From an uncultured Veillonellaceae bacterium (GTDB lineage Bacteria > Bacillota > Negativicutes > JARBTT01): a DNA stretch of 64,000 bases. The DNA is taken from NCBI GenBank assembly GCA_963805085.1, contig CAWDTA010000002.1, positions 1,248,001 through 1,312,000 of the forward strand, given 5' to 3'. The position numbers were made by a program, and so were the translations under genes. Below the pieces are notes generated by a model. It did no database searches. It was not told the DNA's origin and worked only from the letters and a program-made list of their open reading frames with translations. Shown here one piece after another: positions 30,402 to 37,850 of the stretch; positions within the stretch are counted from its first letter, which is position 1, and the number at the start of each line of letters is the position of its first letter.

Positions 30402-30645
30402 AAAATCACCCTTAAATAAGACTGTTAACGATACTGATCCAATCTTGATATTATATTTTACTATAATATCATTAACTGTAATTATTAATCAAATTATTTT
30501 TTCTAATAACAATAGTAGAAATTTGAATTGTACTTTCACGTAGAATATCTGTATGATGAAATCAAATTGATCCAGTATAAACGATTAAGATGCAAATGGA
30601 TACGATGAGGCTTTTAGTTTGGGTGTAAGAAATGAGGTTTGTAAA

Positions 30646-31782
30646 ATGAAAATATTTAAATTATCGCAATATTTAGAAGAATTGGAATGCCTAGTAAACA
30701 TTGATAGCGTTTCGTCTGAGCCTATGGGAACAACACAAATCGCCGATATGATGAAAGAAAAATATGAAAGTATTGGATGGCAAGTGAAAAAGCATCAATT
30801 TGCTCCAAGCATTGGGCCTTGTCTGGAAATTACCAATTGCGAGGCCTCTAGTTATGATGTTTTAATTTTAGCCCATATGGACACAGTTTTTCCAGTAGGA
30901 ACAGCAAAACAACGTCCTTTTTCGATTAGAGAAAATCGTGCATATGGTCCTGGCGTTATTGATTGTAAAGCTGGGATGCTCAGTGGATTTTATGCATTGC
31001 AGTATTTATCACAGCAAGGTGAACTTGAAGATAAAGCTGTTTGCGTGTTTTTAAATAGCGATCATGAGGGGATTAGCTCCAAATATTCACAGCATTACTC
31101 GCAATCCTTAGCAAAAAAAAGCCGATATGTACTTGTGTTAGAAGCAGGTCGTGCCAATGGAAATCTTGTCAATAAACGAAAAGGCATTGGTCGTTATTAT
31201 ATTACAACTCATGGCGTAGCAGCGCACGCAGGTGTTGACCATAAAAGTGGTAGAAATGCGATTGAGGAATTGGCACATTGGATTTTAGCATTGCAAAAGC
31301 GTACAGATTATGTCAAGGAAACAACGCTGAATATTGGTATGGTTTCAGGTGGAGTTTCAATTAGTGCAGTTCCCGCAGAAGCAAAAGCAGCACTAGATAT
31401 TCGTTATTACGATGTGAAAGAAGCAGAAGCAATTGAGCGGTTGATGCAAGATTTGATAGCAAATCCGCATGTAGAAGGAACAACAGCAGAGTTTTCTGGT
31501 GGGATAACGCGTCCGCCAATGATTCCGACAGAAAAGACGCTGAAACTTTGTCAAGCAATTAATGATATCGGGGCAGAAATCGGTGTGGATTTTGACTGGA
31601 TGGCAAGCGGTGGTGGATCCGATGGAAGTTTTGCCGCGGCAGCAGGAACACCGACGATTGACGGATTAGGTCCAGTTGGTGGCGGGGCGCATAGTCCAGG
31701 AGAATATATGGAAATTGATACGATTATACCACGTTATGAACTTTTGTGTAGAACGTTAGTGCATATTTTAAGAGAAAAATGA
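30646..31782 (+). CDS. M20-family metallo-hydrolase (carboxypeptidase G2-like)
   Basis: HMDTVF, GPGVIDCKAG, LEAG, AHAG, GGGSDG, AHSPGEY. Start placed at ATG 30646 after SD GAGG. Confidence 0.9.
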   Translation: MKIFKLSQYLEELECLVNIDSVSSEPMGTTQIADMMKEKYESIGWQVKKHQFAPSIGPCLEITNCEASSYDVLILAHMDTVFPVGTAKQRPFSIRENRAYGPGVIDCKAGMLSGFYALQYLSQQGELEDKAVCVFLNSDHEGISSKYSQHYSQSLAKKSRYVLVLEAGRANGNLVNKRKGIGRYYITTHGVAAHAGVDHKSGRNAIEELAHWILALQKRTDYVKETTLNIGMVSGGVSISAVPAEAKAALDIRYYDVKEAEAIERLMQDLIANPHVEGTTAEFSGGITRPPMIPTEKTLKLCQAINDIGAEIGVDFDWMASGGGSDGSFAAAAGTPTIDGLGPVGGGAHSPGEYMEIDTIIPRYELLCRTLVHILREK

Positions 31783-31827
31783 AGTAGATAAAGGATTTGA
31801 CAAGTTTAAAGTTGGAGGGATCATTTT

Positions 31828-33195
31828 ATGCTGGAAATTTTTATTGCAGCAGTTATTACTATAGGAATGGGATTCCTTGTTATAAAAAAGTATAAGCCGC
31901 AGTCAGTTATTTTACTGGGAGGTTTGTTATTGCTCGGCTGTACGCTTATGATGGGAAAAGGGATTATTGCAAATAAACAAAGTTTAGGAATAGGTTGGTT
32001 TGATATTTTTAAGGTAGTCGAGGATCTTATGAGTAACCGGGTTGCTGGGTTGGGACTTATGATTATGTCAGTAGCTGGTTATGTGCGATTTATGGACAAG
32101 ATAGGAGCCAGTAAAGTTTTTGTTAATTTAGGGGTTAAACCGCTAAAATTTGTTCGTTCTCCTTATCTTGTACTTGCATTAGGCTTTTTTGTTGGACAGA
32201 TAATGAAAATGGCGATTACCAGTGCGGCTGGTTTAGGTGTACTGTTAATGGGGACTATGTTTCCTATCCTTGTAAGTTTAGGAGCTAGCCGAGCGGCAGC
32301 GGCAGCGGTGATTGTTACAACTTCTTGTATTGATCTTGGTCCAGTAGCTGCATCTTCTCAATTGGTGGCTAAAAATGCTGGTATAGAAGCCATGGTGTAT
32401 TTCTTGAAATATCAGTTACCAATTGCAGCAATTGTTTTACCGCTTATTGCGATTTTACATTATTTTACGCAGAAATGGTTTGATAAAAAGAGTGGTCACA
32501 TAGCAGTTCAGAAAGAAGAAATAAACGAAATTCAACAAGAAGACGACAAGAATTTACCACCAGTCATATATGCTTTATTGCCGATAGTGCCATTAATTCT
32601 AATTTTTGTATTTAATCCTGTATTCGGTTCCAAGGCGAAAATGACACTGATTAGCTCAATTTTAATTGGAATGTTTATTAGTATGGTATTTGAGTATATC
32701 CGGCATAGAAATGCACAAACGGTGTTTGGCAGTGTGCAAAATTTCTTTGATGGCATGGGAAGTTCCTTTGCATCAGTAGTTACTTTGATTGTGGCAGCTG
32801 AAACCTTTTCAACTGGTTTAACTGCCGTTGGAGCAATTCATAACATTATTGAAAAAACAGAAACAGCCGGGCTAGGCTCTTGGGCGATGATTATTGTCAT
32901 GCAGGGCGTCATTGCTGGAGCATCATTATTAACAGGCTCAGGAGATGCTTCCCTGTTTTCTTTTGCTGGATTGGCTCCTGCAATAGCTGAACGCATGAAT
33001 ATTGATCCGGCTCACATTTTACTTCCGATGCAGTTTTCTGGTACGATTGCTCGGGCGGTTTCACCGATTTCAGGTGTTTGCGTTGCGGTTGCGGGCCTGG
33101 CAATGGTCTCACCAATTGATATCGTAAAAAGAACAGCCATTCCCATGGCAGGCGCACTATTGGCTACAACGATTGCTAGTTTTCTTTTCTTTTAA
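31828..33195 (+). CDS. DcuC-family C4-dicarboxylate-type transporter
   Basis: GLGLMIMSVAGYVRFMDKIGAS, SAAGLGVLLM.T.FP, TGSGDA, RAVSPISGV motifs. Confidence 0.88.
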   Translation: MLEIFIAAVITIGMGFLVIKKYKPQSVILLGGLLLLGCTLMMGKGIIANKQSLGIGWFDIFKVVEDLMSNRVAGLGLMIMSVAGYVRFMDKIGASKVFVNLGVKPLKFVRSPYLVLALGFFVGQIMKMAITSAAGLGVLLMGTMFPILVSLGASRAAAAAVIVTTSCIDLGPVAASSQLVAKNAGIEAMVYFLKYQLPIAAIVLPLIAILHYFTQKWFDKKSGHIAVQKEEINEIQQEDDKNLPPVIYALLPIVPLILIFVFNPVFGSKAKMTLISSILIGMFISMVFEYIRHRNAQTVFGSVQNFFDGMGSSFASVVTLIVAAETFSTGLTAVGAIHNIIEKTETAGLGSWAMIIVMQGVIAGASLLTGSGDASLFSFAGLAPAIAERMNIDPAHILLPMQFSGTIARAVSPISGVCVAVAGLAMVSPIDIVKRTAIPMAGALLATTIASFLFF

Positions 33196-33378
33196 TAAGT
33201 ATTTTATACCATAGTTTAAGGGGGCAATACGCAATAAACGAGTTTTAGTTTTTTCACTTATTAAGATAATTTACAGTACTTAGTCAAATATCTTCTAAAC
33301 AATAACTTAATCAAAGATGAGAGAAATATCTAGGTTAGTGTTAAGTAAAAAGAGATATTAGAGTTGGAGGGTTTTTAC

Positions 33379-34299
33379 ATGAAAAACAAACTTTTTAAGG
33401 TATATATGGTTGTTATTTGTCTTTTCATTCTGCTACAGGCAGCAGTCGGGTGCGCCGCTAGCCCGCAAAAAGCTGCATCATTAGATGTTGGGGCAGGAAT
33501 GTTTACTATGCCGGAAACTACAGGTGCAAACAAAGATGATCTTCAGGTCTTTTATTATCGTCCAGCCGGCTGGACTCCGGACAAGCCAGTTGTTATTGTA
33601 CAGCATGGCATACAGCGTAATGCAGAAGAGTATCGTGATGGCTGGAAGACATATGCAGATCAGTATAATTTATTAGTAGTATGCCCACAATACTCCGAAG
33701 CAAAGTACCCGGGGGTGCGTTACTATAATACAGGGAATGTATCGGATTCCGATGATAATACAGGAAATTTACAGCCAAAAGACCAATGGATATTTCCAGT
33801 AATTAATCATGTAATTGATGAAGTACGGATACGTTCGGGAGCTAAGAGCAACAACTTTACGGTATTCGGACATTCGGCTGGGGCTCAGTTCGTCCACAGA
33901 TATGTACTTTTTGGTGGGCAAACAAAGGCACAGAGAATCATTTCTGCTAATGCCGGTTGGTACTCGATGCCAGATACAAATGTGGCATTTCCCTATGGCA
34001 TTAAAAATATGTCCATGAGCAACGAAGATTTGGCACAAGCATTTGCGAAACCAGTGACAATTTTATTAGGTGAGCAAGATATTAAGAGAAGTAAGGTACT
34101 TCGTAAAACTCCACAGGCAGATGCACAAGGGGCGAACCGTTTTGAACGGGGGAACCAATTCTTTGAGAAATCAAAAGCAAAAGCAGCAGAATTGGGCGTG
34201 CCATTCAACTGGAATTTAATTACGGTGCCGGGTGTTGGGCATGATGATGTTGGAATGGCAGCAGCGGCAGCAAAATTGATTGCCGAGGGAGCATTATAA
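33379..34299 (+). CDS. Exported alpha/beta-hydrolase (esterase-like)
   Basis: Signal/lipoprotein-like N-terminus, HGIQRN oxyanion region, GHSAG nucleophile, GEQD and GVGH triad candidates. Confidence 0.8.
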   Translation: MKNKLFKVYMVVICLFILLQAAVGCAASPQKAASLDVGAGMFTMPETTGANKDDLQVFYYRPAGWTPDKPVVIVQHGIQRNAEEYRDGWKTYADQYNLLVVCPQYSEAKYPGVRYYNTGNVSDSDDNTGNLQPKDQWIFPVINHVIDEVRIRSGAKSNNFTVFGHSAGAQFVHRYVLFGGQTKAQRIISANAGWYSMPDTNVAFPYGIKNMSMSNEDLAQAFAKPVTILLGEQDIKRSKVLRKTPQADAQGANRFERGNQFFEKSKAKAAELGVPFNWNLITVPGVGHDDVGMAAAAAKLIAEGAL

Positions 34300-34451
34300 T
34301 TATTAAGTTATGACTTAGAGAGAAAGTACGTTTTTTAATAAATGTTTCTCTTAAATTGCAATTCGTAAATTACTATCAAAAGAAACTGCATGTAAGTATT
34401 GAGATACGTTCTTTTACTGTAAAGGCGTATGGTTATAGTAGTTCGGATATA

Positions 34452-34502
34452 AATAAAAAATGACTTGAAGTTTATAGTTGAACTTCAAGTCATTTTTTAT
34501 TT
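34452..34502. terminator. Bidirectional terminator
   Basis: AAAAAATGACTTGAAGTT ... AACTTCAAGTCATTTTTT. Confidence 0.75.
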
Positions 34503-34547
34503 AATCATATCTCGTTGATTGTATACTTAGAAATTAATTCTTGTAAA

Positions 34548-35735
34548 TTACTTGCTTCTTTCAGTGAAATAATATATTAATGCTAGAACTGGCATACTTA
34601 GGCCAAGCATAGATGCAAACATCCAGCCACCATATGCATATGACCAGCCACCTACTGCAGAGCCAATTGCTCCGCCGATAAAGAAAACGGCCATGAATAC
34701 TCCATTTACTCGCCCACGTATTTCATTGCCTAGTGAATAAATCGCACGCTGACCAAGAACCAGGTTACCAGACACCGCCATGTCTAAAGTAATGGCGGCA
34801 ATGACAAGCATCGTTAAAGCGACGGCTGAAGAATCTTCAACTATATGCGTAAGCAAAAAAGACAGAATCGCAATGACAATGGCCAAGCCTGTCAATCGTT
34901 TGGTCCAGCCCTTATCAGCCAATCTTCCAGCGATAGGAGCAGCTATGGCGCCGGCCACGCCTGCAAGGGAGAATAAGGCAATGCCCTGTTGTGATAAATG
35001 GAAATGACTAGCCAGAAATAAGGGGATTACTGTCCAAAATAGACTGAAAGAACCAAACAACGAGGCTTGATAGAATGCACGACGGCGTAACACAGCTTGA
35101 GTTTTAAAAAGTGACCATAAAGAACAAATTAAATCACCATACTTCATCGTATGTGAAAGGCGCCGCTCGGGAAGTAAAAAAGCTAACATTACTGCCAATA
35201 TGGCCGTAATGACGGCCGAGAAAATAAAAATTGCCTGCCAACCCCAAAGGTCAGCAACTAAGCTTGATATTGGACGGGCAAGCATGATGCCGAGCAATAA
35301 ACCGCTCATTACATTACCTACCACTTGACCACGCTGCTCTTCTGTTGCTAAATGGGCTGCATAGGGTACCAGGATTTGCGTTGCTACGGAACCTAGCCCG
35401 ATAAGCATTGCCGCTATAAGAAAAAGCAATGCATTATGCGTAAAGGCTGATGCAAATAATGCACAAATCACAACCACTAATGTGGATAAGACTAGCCGCC
35501 GATTTTCGACAAGATCGCAAAGGGGAACAATAAATAATAAGCCAGCAACATAGCCGATTTGCGTTAGTGTTACGATTAATCCTGCTGAGGCTAAAGGAAG
35601 ATGTGTATCGATACTGATAGGGCCAACTAAAGGCTGCGCATAATAAAGATTAGCAACAATGACGCCAGAGGCAATTGCTAGTAGAAGTGTAATCCAGTTT
35701 GGAACTTGTTTGGTTTTTGGCTGTACTGTATTCAT
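34548..35735 (-). CDS. MFS transporter (YnfM/arabinose-efflux-like)
   Basis: VANLYYAQPL, TLTQIGY..GL...PL.D..ENRRL, GLLLGIMLAR; about 12 TM. Confidence 0.9.
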   Translation of the reverse strand: MNTVQPKTKQVPNWITLLLAIASGVIVANLYYAQPLVGPISIDTHLPLASAGLIVTLTQIGYVAGLLFIVPLCDLVENRRLVLSTLVVVICALFASAFTHNALLFLIAAMLIGLGSVATQILVPYAAHLATEEQRGQVVGNVMSGLLLGIMLARPISSLVADLWGWQAIFIFSAVITAILAVMLAFLLPERRLSHTMKYGDLICSLWSLFKTQAVLRRRAFYQASLFGSFSLFWTVIPLFLASHFHLSQQGIALFSLAGVAGAIAAPIAGRLADKGWTKRLTGLAIVIAILSFLLTHIVEDSSAVALTMLVIAAITLDMAVSGNLVLGQRAIYSLGNEIRGRVNGVFMAVFFIGGAIGSAVGGWSYAYGGWMFASMLGLSMPVLALIYYFTERSK

Positions 35736-35779
35736 AAAATATCCCTGCCTTAACTTTGATTTTCAATTGCAATATAAAT

Positions 35780-35829
35780 ACTAAACGTTTAGTTCACTTA
35801 TTAATTGAATTATAAACTAAACGTTTAGT
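35780..35829. promoter_or_regulatory. Pair of TetR operator palindromes
   Basis: ACTAAACGTTTAGT perfect 14-bp palindrome at 35780-35793 and 35816-35829, between divergent MFS and TetR genes. Confidence 0.8.
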
Positions 35830-35918
35830 ATTTGTAAAGTATTTTATTTTCTTATAAGAAAATATTTAGTATAATGTACGTATAGTTTTAATTAAGAGAA
35901 ATACACAGGAGGGGTTTT

Positions 35919-36500
35919 TTGGAAAAGAAAAAAGGGCGTCCTCGTAACGTCGAAACGGAAAAAGCGATTCTTGCTGCTTCTTATGATTTATTGCTAGAGG
36001 CTGGCTTTGGGACTGTAACTGTTGAAAAAATTGCTGAACGTGCCAAGGTGAGTAAAGCCACCATTTATAAATGGTGGCCAAATAAAGCTGCAGTTGTTAT
36101 GGATGGATTTCTATCTGCGGCGATGTCTAGGCTTCCCGTACCGGATACAGGTTCTGTTGTTAATGATATCATCATTCAGGCTAGCAATTTAGCCAAATTT
36201 CTGACTAGCCGAGAAGGTAAGGTAATCAATGAAATAATTGGAGAAGGACAATTTGATTTAAAGCTAGCAGCAGAATATCGATTAAGGTATTTTAATCCTC
36301 GGCGGCTTGATTCAAGGCGGATTTTAGAACGAGGTGTGCAAAGAGGCGAGCTAAAGGAAGAGTTGGATCTTGAATTGTGCATTGACTTAATTTATGGTCC
36401 GATTTTCTATCGTTTGTTAGTAACTGGTGAAAACCTAGAGGAAGATTTTATTAGAGTTTTAATAAATTATGCTTTTGAAGGTATTCAATTAAAAAGATAA
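35919..36500 (+). CDS. TetR/AcrR-family regulator
   Basis: GRPR, TVEKIAERAKVSKATIYKWWPNK HTH, GPIFYRLL C-terminal motif. Confidence 0.95.
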   Translation: MEKKKGRPRNVETEKAILAASYDLLLEAGFGTVTVEKIAERAKVSKATIYKWWPNKAAVVMDGFLSAAMSRLPVPDTGSVVNDIIIQASNLAKFLTSREGKVINEIIGEGQFDLKLAAEYRLRYFNPRRLDSRRILERGVQRGELKEELDLELCIDLIYGPIFYRLLVTGENLEEDFIRVLINYAFEGIQLKR

Positions 36501-36537
36501 TATAGAAATGGATGATAGGTGTCTTACCTTTACCTAC

Positions 36538-36577
36538 AAAAAAACTGCCATAAACTTAAGTTTATAGCAGTTTTTTT
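36538..36577. terminator. Terminator after tetR
   Basis: AAAAAAACTGCCATAAAC-TTAA-GTTTATAGCAGTTTTTTT. Confidence 0.7.
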
Positions 36578-36597
36578 ATGGATAAGATAGTATTTAT

Positions 36598-36721
36598 AAA
36601 AACAGATGGTATTTAAATTATAGGCTGGATTTATTTCAATGTTATAGTATCGCGTATGATTTTTAATAGAGCAGTCTTTAAAATACGTGGTTGATACTTT
36701 CGGTGGGGCAAACAACCTGTC
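36598..36721 (+). repeat. Direct repeat copy A (~120 bp) flanking usp
   Basis: Shares a 37-bp identical core (36614-36650 = 37291-37327) and colinear flanks with copy B. Confidence 0.85.
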
Positions 36722-36738
36722 ACCATGTTCCTGCGCTT

Positions 36739-37167
36739 TTATTTACAAATCATTACTGGAATTTTGATTTGGTTTAATACTTCCTGACTTACAGAACCCA
36801 AGACGATAGATTTTATTTTGCCTAATCCGCGTGAACCCATGATAAGAAGGTCTGCATCTATTTCATTTGCATAAGTTAAGATGGTTTTTGCTGGATGGCC
36901 ATATAAAATACGACTATACGATGAAATTTCTTGAGGAACTTTTTGCATTGTAGACTGTATAATTGATTGTGCGATTTGATCATTTGCGGCCAGAACATCA
37001 TCAACAAGGTACACGTCGTCTCCCGCTGTATGTATCGCTTTTACGTGAAGAAAATATATTGCTGCTGCAAATTTTTCCGCTATTTGTATAGCTGATAAAA
37101 CAGCCTGTGATGAATGCGTTGATCCATCAATTGGAACAAGAATACGTTGAATAAATTCTTTTTTCAT
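36739..37167 (-). CDS. Universal stress protein (UspA family)
   Basis: ILVPIDGS, GHPAKTI, LIMGSRG...LGSVS...IPVMI. Confidence 0.95.
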   Translation of the reverse strand: MKKEFIQRILVPIDGSTHSSQAVLSAIQIAEKFAAAIYFLHVKAIHTAGDDVYLVDDVLAANDQIAQSIIQSTMQKVPQEISSYSRILYGHPAKTILTYANEIDADLLIMGSRGLGKIKSIVLGSVSQEVLNQIKIPVMICK

Positions 37168-37247
37168 TCTTAACCCCCCTTAAGAGTTCTTCTTTCATTT
37201 TAGTATAGTACACAAATATGTATAAGTAAAATCTGGATTTTATGAGG

Positions 37248-37274
37248 AAATGGGACAAGATGCTTGTCCCATTT
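37248..37274. repeat. REP-like palindrome
   Basis: AAATGGGACAAG-ATG-CTTGTCCCATTT. Confidence 0.8.
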
Positions 37275-37275
37275 G

Positions 37276-37398
37276 AAAACAGAGAGTATCTAAATTATAG
37301 GCTGGATTTATTTCAATGTTATAGTATTGAGTATAGTTTTTTATAGAGTAGTTCTTAAAATGTGTGGTTGATATTTTCGTTGGGACAGATAACCTGCC
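37276..37398 (+). repeat. Direct repeat copy B (~120 bp) flanking usp
   Basis: See copy A; ends in GGGACAGATAACCTGCC. Confidence 0.85.
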
Positions 37399-37537
37399 GT
37401 GTGCCACGAACTAGTAAAGTATTATCAAAAGAAGCTAGATCTAACTGGTGATTCTAGCTAGTGTATGGAAACGATATAAATGAAGAAAATAACTGCTATG
37501 AACTTAGGGGTGTAGCAGTTGTTTTTTGCCTGAAAAC

Positions 37538-37715
37538 AGATGCTCTCCAACAAAAATAGCAAGTCGGCAAGAGACGAATCTCGAGTTAGTGCTAGGTTCA
37601 AAGTTCGCAATGAAGGCTAAACTCCCTGCGGTCAGAGAGAAAGCCTTCAAAGCTAATTGATGGTAGGATTCGTCTGTGTTGCCTTGATTGAAAAATTTTC
37701 TTATGTAAAGCATCT
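37538..37715. repeat. Long imperfect hairpin, MITE/REP-like non-autonomous element
   Basis: Nested arms AGATGCT/AGCATCT, GGCAA/TTGCC, AGACGAATC/GATTCGTCT, GAAGGCT/AGCCTTC around AAACTCCCTGCGGTCAGA. Confidence 0.6.
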
Positions 37716-37743
37716 ATTTATGCCTATAATTTTTATTTGATAA

Positions 37744-37833
37744 TTGAATTCTTTGCTTAAACAATATATAATAAATGTAAATAATAATAAACAATTAAAA
37801 ACAATAATAAACGATAAAAACAATAAAAACAAG
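37744..37833 (+). promoter_or_regulatory. GRE operon promoter with tandem AAACAAT repeats (DeoR-type operator)
   Basis: TTGAAT-N17-TATAAT (37744-37772); AAAC(A/G)A(T/G) at 37759, 37789, 37799, 37809, 37818, 37827. Confidence 0.7.
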
Positions 37834-37850
37834 CAAAGGGGAGTTATATC

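Noticed and set aside
36598-37398. CRISPR array or integron attC interpretation of the direct repeats
   Set aside because: Only two long copies with a whole gene between them; no regular spacers, cas genes or integron integrase in the window.
37504-37713. 69-aa minus-strand ORF
   Set aside because: Lies entirely within the hairpin repeat; no coding features.
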